Source: Actinobacteria bacterium UBA959
GTDB taxonomy: Bacteria > Actinomycetota > Actinomycetes > S36-B12 > UBA5976
NCBI GenBank assembly: GCA_002293025.1
Contig: DBCL01000012.1
Location: forward strand, 20,036-78,261
DNA: 58,226 bases
Direction of reading: 5' to 3'
Shown: one piece after another, positions 1 to 10,101 of the stretch
Numbering within the stretch: position 1 is the first letter of the stretch
How the letters are laid out: every line of letters starts with the position of its first letter
Notes under the pieces: generated by a model
Databases searched by the model: none
What the model saw: only the letters and a program-made list of their open reading frames with translations
What the model was told of the DNA's origin: nothing
Position numbers and translations under genes: made by a program

Positions 1-65
1 AACGGAGTCGAACCGTTGACCTTCTCCTTACCATGGAGACGCTCTACCTACTGAGCTATGAGGGC
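1..65 (-). tRNA. tRNA-Thr (anticodon GGU), 3' acceptor strand cut off by window edge
   Basis: Reverse complement reads GCCCTCA-TA-GCTC-AGTAGGTA-GAGC-G-TCTCC-ATGGTAA-GGAGA-AGGTC-AACGG-TTCGACT-CCGTT. This is a cloverleaf complete up to the T arm, with the anticodon loop giving GGT. Confidence 0.85.
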
Positions 66-77
66 GTTTTGTAAAGC

Positions 78-120
78 GCATGAAGGGTACACACCGCCGT
101 CGCGGCATGCGCCTTCATGC
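78..120. repeat. Perfect 9-bp inverted repeat (GCATGAAGG / CCTTCATGC) in the tRNA-Tyr/tRNA-Thr spacer
   Basis: Arms at 78-86 and 112-120 with a 25-nt GC-rich loop. A second 6-bp hairpin AGAAAC/GTTTCT lies at 126-144. Confidence 0.5.
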
Positions 121-148
121 AAACCAGAAACAGTGGTTGTTTCTAGCG

Positions 149-230
149 TGGCAGGTGAAGGATTTGAACCTTCGAAGCTTTACGCGGCGGATTTACAGTC
201 CGCTCCCATTGGCCGCTCGGGCAACCTGCC
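149..230 (-). tRNA. tRNA-Tyr (anticodon GUA), long variable arm, CCA not encoded
   Basis: Reverse complement is GGCAGGTTGCCCGAGCGGCCAATGGGAGCGGACTGTAAATCCGCCGCGTAAAGCTTCGAAGGTTCAAATCCTTCACCTGCCA. It is near-identical in layout to classical bacterial tRNA-Tyr, with anticodon loop CTGTAAA. Confidence 0.9.
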
Positions 231-288
231 TGGGGCGCGAAGGCTACACGAGAGCAATTTTGAAAATGTGCACGCCTACACTTCACAG

Positions 289-1194
289 GTGATTGCTAAA
301 ACCCCTGCTCAAGAAGAGCGATATGGCGTCATAAATGGGATGACTGCCTACTTCATGTGGGGTTTAATGCCGCTGTATTGGCCTTACCTCAAACCAGCTT
401 CGGCCATAGAGATCTTGGCACACCGAATTATCTGGTCTTTGGTATTTGTGGTTATTTTAGTTCAGTTGGGTAGACACTGGCCAACAACCAAACAAGTTTT
501 GCGCAATAAGAATCTAGCCCTATTGGTGTCTGCTGCAAGTGTCCTAGTGGTAGCAAACTGGGGTATTTACATCTGGGCTGTGAATGCAAATCATGTTGTG
601 GAAACTTCTCTAGGATATTTCATTAATCCACTTGTTTCGGTAGTTCTTGGTATTGTCTTTTTTGGTGAAAGACTTCGCACCGCTCAAAAAGTTGCGGTAG
701 CGGTGGCCACTTTTGCAGTGTTGCTCCTAACCTTTGATTACGGCCGATTACCTTGGATTGCACTTGGGTTAGCTGGAACATTTGGAGCTTATGGTGCTCT
801 TAAAAAAAAGATAGATATGCCAGCAGTTCCTGGTTTGCTAGTCGAATCAGTATTGGTTACACCATTCGCGTTGGGTTATCTAATTTGGTTGTATACAAAC
901 AGATCTGGCTCACTTCTAGATTCACCGAGCATAATGAGTTTGGCACTCTTTAGTGGGATATTGACAGCGCTTCCTTTAATCTTCTTTGGTGCTGCTGCAA
1001 TCAGAGTTCCACTAGTTTGGATGGGCGTGATGCAATACATCGCGCCAACGATTCAATTTACAATTGGTATTACCGTATTTAATGAAGAGTTAAGCACAAC
1101 TAAAGTTATTGGCTTCCTGATTGTCTGGCTAGCACTAGTAATTTTCACAACAGATGCTTGGAAAGCTAACCAGGCTAGGCAGAACGTAAAATAA
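289..1194 (+). CDS. rarD: RarD/EamA-family (DMT superfamily) permease
   Basis: The ORF 58-1194 runs over both tRNAs at its 5' end, so the true start must be internal. GTG at 289 (or 268) gives an N-terminus ...GVINGMTAYFMWGLMPLYWPYL, typical of RarD, with about 10 TM segments. The start is uncertain. Confidence 0.8.
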   Translation: MIAKTPAQEERYGVINGMTAYFMWGLMPLYWPYLKPASAIEILAHRIIWSLVFVVILVQLGRHWPTTKQVLRNKNLALLVSAASVLVVANWGIYIWAVNANHVVETSLGYFINPLVSVVLGIVFFGERLRTAQKVAVAVATFAVLLLTFDYGRLPWIALGLAGTFGAYGALKKKIDMPAVPGLLVESVLVTPFALGYLIWLYTNRSGSLLDSPSIMSLALFSGILTALPLIFFGAAAIRVPLVWMGVMQYIAPTIQFTIGITVFNEELSTTKVIGFLIVWLALVIFTTDAWKANQARQNVK

Positions 1195-2173
1195 CTGCAT
1201 CACACAATTGCTCTAGTACTTTTAGTGTTTCTTTATTAGTTATTCCTTGAATAGAAGTACGCGCTTTGTTAGCCCAATCTTGAGCAATCTCTTTAGCTTG
1301 ATTGATGGCAGGATTTAAACTAATTAGATCTAGGACTTTGATTAGATCTACTGAGCTAACTGGTCCTATTAAGAATTTCATCAATTCTTGATCTTCGGGT
1401 CGATTATTCCTTCGAACTAGTAAAGTGGTTAAAGTTGGTACCCCTTCTAGAAGGTCATTGCCGCGTTGTTTACCTAGCTCCACTTCTGTTGAAGACATAT
1501 CAATAATGTCATCTGCTAATTGGAAGGTAACTCCAATTAGTTCACCAAATTTACGCATTGCTAAAACGTCTGATTTACTTGCGCCAGAAAATTCAGCCCC
1601 AAATTGAGCTGATGTAGCAATTAAAGAACCAGTCTTTTCGGCCAGAACTTTCAAGTGAAATTCGACGGGATCTTCATCAGCTTTGGGGCCTGCAGTTTCT
1701 AATAACTGACCAGTCACCAATCTCTCAAAAGTTTGAGCTTGGAGACGCACAGCTTCTGGACCTAAGTCTGCTACTAATTCAGATGCTCTAGCAAATAAAA
1801 AGTCTCCAGCCAAAATTGCTTGTGAATTACTAAACCGTTGATTGACTGATACCGCTCCTCGGCGCATAGTCGCTTCGTCCATAACATCATCGTGATAAAG
1901 AGTGGCTAAGTGTGTTAACTCGACCACTACAGCAGCTTTGACTATCTCTGGCTTATGAACATCACCTAGCGTTGCACTCAAAACTGTAATTAAAGGTCTA
2001 AATCTTTTGCCACCAGCTTTCACTAGATGGGTTGTCATATCGTCAATCAAAGGAACATCTGAGTGACATTGTTTGAGAAGTTGGGCTTCAATTGCATCCA
2101 AGCGTTGTTCAATAACACCTGTAAGTTCGGTTGACCCAAGATCGGCACCCAACCTAGATGTCTTGGACGTCAT
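1175..2173 (-). CDS. trans-polyprenyl diphosphate synthase (menaquinone side-chain type)
   Basis: Both Asp-rich motifs are present (LYHDDVMDEA and FQLADDIIDM). The gene starts 4 nt after nuoN in the same orientation. Confidence 0.85.
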   Translation of the reverse strand: MTSKTSRLGADLGSTELTGVIEQRLDAIEAQLLKQCHSDVPLIDDMTTHLVKAGGKRFRPLITVLSATLGDVHKPEIVKAAVVVELTHLATLYHDDVMDEATMRRGAVSVNQRFSNSQAILAGDFLFARASELVADLGPEAVRLQAQTFERLVTGQLLETAGPKADEDPVEFHLKVLAEKTGSLIATSAQFGAEFSGASKSDVLAMRKFGELIGVTFQLADDIIDMSSTEVELGKQRGNDLLEGVPTLTTLLVRRNNRPEDQELMKFLIGPVSSVDLIKVLDLISLNPAINQAKEIAQDWANKARTSIQGITNKETLKVLEQLCDAVILRSA

Positions 2174-2177
2174 CTTG

Positions 2178-3725
2178 CTATCTCGCGAAAACTGGTGATT
2201 GAGAGATTAGATCAAGCAGGGGTTGCGGATAAACGCCCAAAATTAAAGTGATTGACAAACTTACGACTACCGCTGCAATGGTGAGTCCACTTGGTATCGT
2301 AACGGATGCGCCTTCTTCTTGTGGTTTTACAAAATACATCAACACCACAATTCTCAAATAAAAGACGACTGCTATTGCCGAAGCAGCAATTGCCAACAGC
2401 ACTAAAGGCATTTGATCAGCTTGGACGGCTGATGAAAACACTGCAAATTTTGCTGTAAAGCCACTAGTTAGTGGTAATCCTGCTAAAGCTACCATGAAAA
2501 AAGTAATTGCAGCTGAAGTTAATGGTGACCTTTGACTCAAGCCTCGCCAAGAGTCAATATTGTTAGCTTCGCCATTTGCATCTCTGATTAACGAAACAAG
2601 TGTGAAGATACCAAGAGTTGTAAAGGCGTAAGCGATCAAGTAAAAGACTACTGAAACTATGCCTGCTGATGACCCCGAAATTATTCCAACCAAGATGAAG
2701 CCCGCATGAGCAACAGACGAATAAGCCAACATCCGCTTAATATCTGTCTGCCAAAGCGCTACTAGTGATCCAATAAACATAGTTACCACTGCAATCACCC
2801 AAAGGATTGGCCGCCAATCCCAAATCATGGAACCAAACGCCGAGTAACTAAGTCTCAATAGAGCACCAAATGCTGCAACTTTCACGCCAGCTGCCATAAA
2901 TGCAGTCAAAGTAGTTGGGGCACCTTGATAAACATCTGGAGTCCACTGATGGAATGGTGCAGATCCAACTTTGAATAGCAAGCCAACAAATAAAAATGCC
3001 ATGCCTGCAACCAGTAAAGATGAATTAATTGGGCGAGAATTTATTGCAGTAGCAATTCCTGCAAAATCAATACTGCTGGCAAACCCATAAACCAGAGCAG
3101 ACCCAAACAAGAAGAATGCTGAAGAGTATGCACCTAATACAAAGTACTTCAACGCTGCCTCTTGACTCAAAAGTCTGCGTCGGCGTGCCATACCTGCTAG
3201 CAAATACAAAGGAAGGCTCATTACTTCAAGAGCTATGAACATAGTGAGCAAATCGTTAGAGACCACAAATAACTGCATGCCAGCTACCGCAAAGAGGAAG
3301 AAGGCCCAAATTTCAGTTGCATACCAACCAGCAGCGGTTAGCTCGCGTTCGTCGGAAGAGCCTGGCAAAACTGAAGCACTTGGTGCAAATGAATCTCCAA
3401 ATGGATCCACTTTTCGTTCAGCTAAAACAAGTGCACCTAAAATTGCAATTATTGCGATGGTCCCTTGCAAGATAACTCCTGGACCATCAATTGCTACAGA
3501 TCCACCAGCTTCAATTGAGTTTAAGCCAAAGATTGCTGCCACTGAGCCCAGAGAAATGAGCAGAGTTCCAAAAACCAGCGACAACTGAATTGGTCGGCGT
3601 GCTCCCCTTGGCACAAATGCTTCAATTAAAACTGATAAAGCACCCGCTACAAGTGGTGCAACTATTGGAGCAAGGTTCAAGAAATCAATTGATGGGGCAG
3701 CGAAGTCAACCAGTGGAATTAACAT
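2178..3725 (-). CDS. nuoN: NADH-quinone oxidoreductase subunit N
   Basis: 515-aa polytopic antiporter-like protein, last in the canonical nuoA-N order. Its start overlaps the nuoM stop by 1 nt. Confidence 0.9.
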   Translation of the reverse strand: MLIPLVDFAAPSIDFLNLAPIVAPLVAGALSVLIEAFVPRGARRPIQLSLVFGTLLISLGSVAAIFGLNSIEAGGSVAIDGPGVILQGTIAIIAILGALVLAERKVDPFGDSFAPSASVLPGSSDERELTAAGWYATEIWAFFLFAVAGMQLFVVSNDLLTMFIALEVMSLPLYLLAGMARRRRLLSQEAALKYFVLGAYSSAFFLFGSALVYGFASSIDFAGIATAINSRPINSSLLVAGMAFLFVGLLFKVGSAPFHQWTPDVYQGAPTTLTAFMAAGVKVAAFGALLRLSYSAFGSMIWDWRPILWVIAVVTMFIGSLVALWQTDIKRMLAYSSVAHAGFILVGIISGSSAGIVSVVFYLIAYAFTTLGIFTLVSLIRDANGEANNIDSWRGLSQRSPLTSAAITFFMVALAGLPLTSGFTAKFAVFSSAVQADQMPLVLLAIAASAIAVVFYLRIVVLMYFVKPQEEGASVTIPSGLTIAAVVVSLSITLILGVYPQPLLDLISQSPVFAR

Positions 3726-5251
3726 TACTTCTCCCCCTGATCAACTAATGATGGTGGATCTACGACATTGGAAGATTCCATAACTAACTCTGCGGATTCA
3801 TTTACTAAGTTAAAAACTGGCTGAGGAATTAAGCCAAGCAGAATTGTCAAGAAAATTACTGGAGCAATTGCGATAACTTCGCGACCATCAAGGTCAGAAA
3901 TGTTTGTGACATTTGCACTTGGGTGCCCTGTCATGGTGCGTTGATACAGCCATAATGCATAAACTGCAGCTACCACTATGCCAATTGTGGCTATTGCAGC
4001 CACAATTGGATAACGAGCAAATGCGCCAAGTAATACGGTGAATTCCGCGATAAAGGAAGCTAAGCCAGGAAGCGCTACTGAAGATAAAGCACCAAACAAA
4101 ATTACCCCAGCAAGAAGTGGTGTAACTTGAAATACTCCTGAGTGCTCATCTATTTGTTGACTCTTTGTTCGGTGGAATAGATAACCAGCTGCAAGGAATA
4201 AGGCTGCGGTCGAGAGCCCATGACTTAACATGTAGAACATAGAGCCTGAAATTCCTTGAGTAGTGAATGCAAAAATTCCTAGGACTATAAACCCAAAGTG
4301 AGATATCGAGACATATGCCATCAATCTCTTCATATCATTTTGTCCAATTGCCATTACAGCTCCATAGAAGATGCTCACAACAGCAAAGCCAATTGCAACT
4401 GGTGCTAAATCAACAGATGCATCTGGCATTATTGGAATTAAGAAACGAAGCATTCCGAATGTTCCGACTTTGTCCAAAATACCAATCAATAGAACTGCTG
4501 AGCCTGGAGTAGCCTGGGCAGCTGCATCTGGCAACCAAGAGTGCACTGGCACAAGTGGTGCTTTCACTGCAAATGCAAAGAAAAAACCAAAGAAAAGCCA
4601 ACGCTGTGTGCCAGGATCAATTCCAAGTGTTGATAAGAACTCAAGATCAAAACTTCCCACTCCTGTTAATTTGATGCTGGTCACCCAAAGACTAATCAAT
4701 GCAACTAATAGGACTAAACCACCGATCAAACTAAATACCAAGAACTTAATTGCTGCTCTTCTACGCTCTGGCCCACCAAATCTACCAATCAAGAAATACA
4801 TTGGAATCAACATGGCTTCAAAGAAAACATAAAATAGGAAAAGATCAGTTGCGGTGAAGACACCAATAACAACAGCCTCAAGGGCTAAGACTAAAGACAC
4901 ATATCTCGAAGTATCTTCTTCAGCAATATCGTTCCATCCAGCTAATAAAACTACTGGTACCAAAACTATGGTCATGGCTAACATCAGTAAGCCCAAACCA
5001 TCAACGCCTAGTGCATAGTTAACGCCAAAGGATGGAATCCAACTATATTTCTCGACTAACTGAAATTGGCTTGGAGAGTTCAATTCATATTGCAAAGCAA
5101 CATATATAAACAAAACTAAGGTCAGTAAGGAAATCCCTAAACCAACCTGTTTGGCATGTCGACCTTGTAGTCTTTTAGCAAACAAAGCTGTTAGAAACGC
5201 ACCCAATAGAGGTGTCGCAATTAGTAGCGATAAATAAGGGGCGTTATTCAC
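3725..5251 (-). CDS. nuoM: NADH-quinone oxidoreductase subunit M
   Basis: 508-aa antiporter-like membrane subunit in the position between nuoL and nuoN. Confidence 0.9.
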   Translation of the reverse strand: MNNAPYLSLLIATPLLGAFLTALFAKRLQGRHAKQVGLGISLLTLVLFIYVALQYELNSPSQFQLVEKYSWIPSFGVNYALGVDGLGLLMLAMTIVLVPVVLLAGWNDIAEEDTSRYVSLVLALEAVVIGVFTATDLFLFYVFFEAMLIPMYFLIGRFGGPERRRAAIKFLVFSLIGGLVLLVALISLWVTSIKLTGVGSFDLEFLSTLGIDPGTQRWLFFGFFFAFAVKAPLVPVHSWLPDAAAQATPGSAVLLIGILDKVGTFGMLRFLIPIMPDASVDLAPVAIGFAVVSIFYGAVMAIGQNDMKRLMAYVSISHFGFIVLGIFAFTTQGISGSMFYMLSHGLSTAALFLAAGYLFHRTKSQQIDEHSGVFQVTPLLAGVILFGALSSVALPGLASFIAEFTVLLGAFARYPIVAAIATIGIVVAAVYALWLYQRTMTGHPSANVTNISDLDGREVIAIAPVIFLTILLGLIPQPVFNLVNESAELVMESSNVVDPPSLVDQGEK

Positions 5252-5252
5252 G

Positions 5253-7184
5253 TTAGAGTCTCACAATCAGTAAGGCTAGAAGTAAGAAAACTGAACCAGC
5301 AAGCATGGTTAAGGCATAAGAGCGTGCATAGCCAGTTTGACGTAACCTCAATATCAATCCAACACCACCAAGCACTCTGTTTAGCAGTCTGGTAAATCCT
5401 TCAACTACCGAATTATCAAAAATTACAGTTCCTCTAGTAACTCGTAATCCATTGTTCATAAATACTGTTTCATTAATCGAATCACCATATAAATCTTTTC
5501 GGGCAGCTTTGGTAAATGCCGTTACGTCCTCAGGGGCTACCCGCTCAACTTCATTGCGATATTTGGCAACTGCAATCAACACACCAATCAATACAGTAGT
5601 TAAGGTAATTCCAATCAAAGTTGGTACCGGGATTGGACCATCTGCATGCTCAAAGCCAACAACTGGTTCGAGCCAATGCTCTAGAGCATGGTTTCGAGTA
5701 AGTAAGAACCCACTAGATAGTGATCCGACTGCCAACAAAATCATTGGGATAGTCATAGTGAGCGGAGATTCGTGCGGATGTGCATCATCTTCCCAACGCT
5801 TATTTGAGAAGAAAGTCATAAGAACCAAACGAGTCATATAGAAAGCAGTGATACCGGCTCCAACCACGGTCGCAATACCGGCCAGCCAACTGTGCGCAAA
5901 TGCAGCCTCAATGATGTGGTCTTTTGAGTAAAAACCTGCGAATGGTGGGATACCCAAAATTGCCAAGTAACCTAAGAAAAATGTTACAAAGGTTATTCCC
6001 ATAGCAGCCCTAAGTGCACCATATTTACGCATATCAACTTCATCATTCATGGCATGCATCACTGAGCCTGCACCTAAGAACATTCCTGCTTTGAAGAATC
6101 CATGAGTTAGTAGATGCAAAATAGCAAAGACATAACCAATTGGTCCAAGTCCCGCAGCCAGCACCATGTAACCAATCTGGCTCATAGTAGAAGCTGCTAA
6201 AGCTTTCTTAATATCATCTTTTGCCATACCAATAAGAGCTCCAGCAATTAAGGTTACAATTCCAACCACAATTACTGCAGTACGTGCATCTTCAGATAGG
6301 TCATATATTGCGTTACTGCGCACAATCAAATAAACACCAGCAGTTACCATCGTTGCAGCATGGATAAGTGCAGATACTGGAGTTGGTCCTTCCATCGCAT
6401 CAAGCAACCAAGACTGCAGCGGAACTTGGGCGCTCTTGCCTGCGGCACCAATAAGCAAGAACAGACCAATCAAGAACAAGACATTTGCTGAAGCACCCTC
6501 GGCGTTTTGGGCAACGCCTGCAAAAGTTACAGTATGAAACGCCACAAACATCAGCATTATGGCGAGTGACAAACCAACATCTCCAACACGATTAACTACA
6601 AATGCTTTTTTAGCAGCAGCGGCAGCAGATGGTTTATGTTGCCAGAATCCAATTAATAGATAGGACGCTAAACCAACACCTTCCCAGCCCACATAAAGCA
6701 GCAAGTAGTTATCTGCCAAAACCAGCAACAACATTGCTGCTACGAACAAATTCAAATATCCAAAAAATCTACGCTTACCTGCATCATGGCTCATATATCC
6801 AAGTGAATAGATATGAATTAAGGAGCCAACTCCAGTGATTAGCAATACAAAACTTAGCGATAATTGGTCTAGCTGTAATCCAAATGGCACCTGTAAATCC
6901 GCTACTGAGATCCAATCAAACAGAATCTGGTTTTGACCACGCTGGTTACTTGGTAAAGCCAACATTTCTGCCCACAAATACAAGCTCAATACCAGACTTG
7001 ATATAGGCATGAACACGCCCAGTATTGGACCCCAAGTATTGGTCCTATTTCCACCAAGAATCAAAACTGCTGCACCAAACAATGGAAATGCAATAAGCAG
7101 CCAGATTAGCTCAAATGCGCCAGTAGCCACGGCCAATGTTTGATTGGCCTCAGCACTAAGCTCGAGCATCACTTTCGGTATCAC
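5253..7184 (-). CDS. nuoL: NADH-quinone oxidoreductase subunit L
   Basis: 643-aa antiporter-like subunit with the long C-terminal extension typical of NuoL. Position in operon supports the call; the exact start could be an internal Met. Confidence 0.9.
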   Translation of the reverse strand: MIPKVMLELSAEANQTLAVATGAFELIWLLIAFPLFGAAVLILGGNRTNTWGPILGVFMPISSLVLSLYLWAEMLALPSNQRGQNQILFDWISVADLQVPFGLQLDQLSLSFVLLITGVGSLIHIYSLGYMSHDAGKRRFFGYLNLFVAAMLLLVLADNYLLLYVGWEGVGLASYLLIGFWQHKPSAAAAAKKAFVVNRVGDVGLSLAIMLMFVAFHTVTFAGVAQNAEGASANVLFLIGLFLLIGAAGKSAQVPLQSWLLDAMEGPTPVSALIHAATMVTAGVYLIVRSNAIYDLSEDARTAVIVVGIVTLIAGALIGMAKDDIKKALAASTMSQIGYMVLAAGLGPIGYVFAILHLLTHGFFKAGMFLGAGSVMHAMNDEVDMRKYGALRAAMGITFVTFFLGYLAILGIPPFAGFYSKDHIIEAAFAHSWLAGIATVVGAGITAFYMTRLVLMTFFSNKRWEDDAHPHESPLTMTIPMILLAVGSLSSGFLLTRNHALEHWLEPVVGFEHADGPIPVPTLIGITLTTVLIGVLIAVAKYRNEVERVAPEDVTAFTKAARKDLYGDSINETVFMNNGLRVTRGTVIFDNSVVEGFTRLLNRVLGGVGLILRLRQTGYARSYALTMLAGSVFLLLALLIVRL

Positions 7185-7205
7185 ATTTCTCCTTAACTAT
7201 TACGA

Positions 7206-7505
7206 CTAAAGTCGCAATAGATTCGCTTCATCGATCGATGCTGATCTTCTAGATCTAAATATGGCCATAATGATCGCTAGCCCTACTACAACTTCAGCGG
7301 CCGCAACAACCATCACAAAGAAAGCAACAACTTGACCATCGTAAGTTCCAGAATTTTTGGCAAAAGCCACAAACGCTAAGTTCGCTGCATTAAGCATCAT
7401 CTCAACAGACATAAACATCACAATTGCATTTCTGCGAACCAATACTCCAACAGCACCAATGCTGAATAGGAGTCCAGACAAGACAATGTAGTTATTTAGA
7501 TTCAT
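7206..7505 (-). CDS. nuoK: NADH-quinone oxidoreductase subunit K
   Basis: About 99 aa with 3 TM segments. ATG at 7505 ([14 protein letters not shown]...) lies inside the last codons of nuoJ. The track start at 7517 adds 4 aa. Confidence 0.9.
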   Translation of the reverse strand: MNLNNYIVLSGLLFSIGAVGVLVRRNAIVMFMSVEMMLNAANLAFVAFAKNSGTYDGQVVAFFVMVVAAAEVVVGLAIIMAIFRSRRSASIDEANLLRL

Positions 7506-8289
7506 GATCACCCTCATGATCTAGTTCAATAACTAACTCACCTTTTGATAAATCTTTCACTTCTTGAAGGTCGTATTCATCAACTGGGCGAACTGAGCCA
7601 CGAGCTTGCATTGGCCCTGGAACTGAGTTAGGAGCAATAGAACCATCTGGCAGTAAGGCGGGGGTATCAACTGCATTGTGTCTGGCATAAACACCAGTTG
7701 CAGGTAATGGGCCAGGGTGCTTACCAGCCAAGGCATAATCTTCAAATCTCTTCTTGCTTGTTTCGCGCTGCGTCAATTTAGGTTTGGCCCGCTCTCTATG
7801 CGCTAAGACCATCGCTCCCACAGCAGCAGTAATAAGTAATGCTGATGTGGCTTCAAAAGCTAGGACATAACGCCCAAAAATTAGATTGGCGATTGCTTGC
7901 ACATTTCCACCAGCATTTATAGTTTCTGTAGCTAAGTCACTTTGTAAAGTCGTTATGGTGCTACTTAACATACTACTTATCACCGCGACAAAAGATCCTC
8001 CGATAAGTGTTGCAGCTAAGCGTTGACCCTTAATTGTTTCCTTTAGAGAGTCTGATGCATCCACGCCAACAATCATCAAAACAAACAGGAAGAGCATCAT
8101 TACTGCTCCTGTGTAAACAATGATCTGCACCATGCCTAAAAACGGTGCAGATAGATTCAAATAAAGAACAGCTAAATTAATCATGGATAATGCCACAAAC
8201 AAGGCGCTATGCACTGCTCGCTTGGATAAAACCATTCCTAATGCACCAGCCACCGCCAGGGTTGCTGGAATCCAAAAGACCAAATCCAT
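7492..8289 (-). CDS. nuoJ: NADH-quinone oxidoreductase subunit J (long actinobacterial form)
   Basis: TM-rich N-half plus a hydrophilic C-terminal tail, as in actinobacterial NuoJ. It sits between nuoI and nuoK. Confidence 0.85.
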   Translation of the reverse strand: MDLVFWIPATLAVAGALGMVLSKRAVHSALFVALSMINLAVLYLNLSAPFLGMVQIIVYTGAVMMLFLFVLMIVGVDASDSLKETIKGQRLAATLIGGSFVAVISSMLSSTITTLQSDLATETINAGGNVQAIANLIFGRYVLAFEATSALLITAAVGAMVLAHRERAKPKLTQRETSKKRFEDYALAGKHPGPLPATGVYARHNAVDTPALLPDGSIAPNSVPGPMQARGSVRPVDEYDLQEVKDLSKGELVIELDHEGDHESK

Positions 8290-8834
8290 TAGTTGCCAGC
8301 CTCCTCTATTTGCTTAGGAGTTGCGCCAGTTACTTTGCCAGAGTAGTAATCGCGATCAGTGAAGCCTTCCACCATGGAATGTGGTGCAGGAGCCATCCCT
8401 GGAAGTAATGGTGCCAACAAATCAGATTTTTCATAAATCAGTTTGCCACGTTCATCGTCTGCCAATTCAAATTCATTAGTCATTGTCAATGCACGAGTTG
8501 GACAAGCCTCTATACATAACCCACACATAATGCAACGCAAGTAGTTGATCTGGTAGACCTTACCAAAACGTTCACCTGGGGAAAAACGCTCTTCATCTGT
8601 GTTTTCTTCGCCTTCAACATAAATGGCATCAGCTGGACAGGCCCAAGCGCATAATTCGCAGCCAATACATTTCTCTAATCCGTCTGCATATCTATTCAAC
8701 TGATGACGCCCATGAAACCTTGGTTTAGGTGGATAGAGATGCTTCTCTTCTGGATACTGCTCAGTGATTGGCTTCTTAAACATATTTAAGAAGGTAGTTC
8801 CAAATGCTCTAATTACTTGTGGGATCTCAACCAT
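8289..8834 (-). CDS. nuoI: NADH-quinone oxidoreductase subunit I
   Basis: Two 4Fe-4S ferredoxin motifs, [12 protein letters not shown] and [12 protein letters not shown]. Confidence 0.95.
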   Translation of the reverse strand: MVEIPQVIRAFGTTFLNMFKKPITEQYPEEKHLYPPKPRFHGRHQLNRYADGLEKCIGCELCAWACPADAIYVEGEENTDEERFSPGERFGKVYQINYLRCIMCGLCIEACPTRALTMTNEFELADDERGKLIYEKSDLLAPLLPGMAPAPHSMVEGFTDRDYYSGKVTGATPKQIEEAGN

Positions 8835-10101
8835 TGGAGTCTCTCACATTCTCTACGGCTAACTTAGTCTGAGTTTTAGGTAGCGCTGCCGACATTGGTG
8901 GTATCGGGAATGAATTGGCAAGAACTTCAACCTCTAACTCATCAATCTCGGGTTCCTTCTTGCGCATCTCCACCACAATACTCAAAAGAAGTAATAGTGC
9001 GATTGGTGCTGCCAAGATAATCAAAGTTCTAGTATTTGTTAGTACTGACTCTTGAATTAAAGTACGAGCGACTGCAACCACCATGATCCAACCAAGTGAG
9101 ACAGGAATTAGTGTTTTCCACCCAAAGTTCATAAATTGGTCATAACGCAATCTTGGCAAAGTTCCACGTAGCCAGATAAATATAAATATGAAAGCTAACA
9201 GTTTGCCAAAGAACCAAATTAGTGGCATCCAGCCCTCATTTGCCCCCGGAATCCCGGAGAAAGGCCAAGGTGCTCGCCAACCACCTAGAAACAAAGTTGT
9301 TGCTAATGCTGAAACGGTTACCATATTCACGTACTCAGCCAAGAAAAATAGAGCAAACTTCAAAGATGAGTACTCCGTATGAAATCCACCTACTAATTCA
9401 CCTTCGGCTTCTGGTAAATCAAATGGAGCTCGATTTGTCTCACCCACCATTGATGTGGTGTAGATGACAAAAGAAGGTAAGAGCAGCACGGCATACCAAA
9501 GTTTTTCCTGTGCATTCACAATTTCAGATGTAGACATAGTTCCGGCATACAAGAACACTGCAACGAATGAGAGACCCATCGCAATTTCATAAGAAATCAT
9601 TTGAGCTGAGGATCTAAGCCCACCAAGTAATGAGTATGTAGATCCAGAGGCCCATCCTGCAAGCACCAGACCATAAATACCAACAGATGCAATCGCTAAT
9701 ACGTAAAGCACTGACACTGAGAAATCAGTGAGCTGGAGTGGAGTCCAAACACCAAAAATACTTACCATAGGACCAAATGGGATTACCGCTAATGCCATAA
9801 AGGCAGCAGTAACAGAAATTACAGGTGCTATCAAGAACACAAACCGAGCAGCATTCTTGGGAACCAAGTCCTCTTTCAAGGCTAGTTTAATTCCATCCAT
9901 CAAACTTTGTAATAACCCAAATGGGCCAACCCGGTTTGGCCCAACTCGAATCTGCATCTTTGCTACAACTCTGCGTTCTGCCCAAATAGAAAATAACGTC
10001 AGTAGTACTAACACCACAAAGACACCTAAGACCTTGATCACAATTAACCACCATGGATCAATGCCAAAGTCATCGAGTGTTGGGTTTCTCAAAAAAATCA
10101 T
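8827..10101 (-). CDS. nuoH: NADH-quinone oxidoreductase subunit H
   Basis: 424-aa polytopic protein with NuoH-like segments ([26 protein letters not shown]). Confidence 0.9.
   Translation of the reverse strand: MIFLRNPTLDDFGIDPWWLIVIKVLGVFVVLVLLTLFSIWAERRVVAKMQIRVGPNRVGPFGLLQSLMDGIKLALKEDLVPKNAARFVFLIAPVISVTAAFMALAVIPFGPMVSIFGVWTPLQLTDFSVSVLYVLAIASVGIYGLVLAGWASGSTYSLLGGLRSSAQMISYEIAMGLSFVAVFLYAGTMSTSEIVNAQEKLWYAVLLLPSFVIYTTSMVGETNRAPFDLPEAEGELVGGFHTEYSSLKFALFFLAEYVNMVTVSALATTLFLGGWRAPWPFSGIPGANEGWMPLIWFFGKLLAFIFIFIWLRGTLPRLRYDQFMNFGWKTLIPVSLGWIMVVAVARTLIQESVLTNTRTLIILAAPIALLLLLSIVVEMRKKEPEIDELEVEVLANSFPIPPMSAALPKTQTKLAVENVRDSNG

Noticed and set aside
58-292. The N-terminal 77 codons of ORF 58-1194 and the whole of ORF 80-292.
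   Set aside because: Both run straight across the minus-strand tRNA-Thr and tRNA-Tyr genes and have no RarD-like sequence. The real rarD start is internal, at GTG 289 or 268.
4371-4832. Plus-strand ORFs antisense to the nuo genes (4371-4832, 5452-5841, 9728-10159, 3235-3588 and others).
   Set aside because: All lie fully within strongly supported nuo coding regions. They have biased low-complexity composition and no SD or start context, so they are shadow ORFs.
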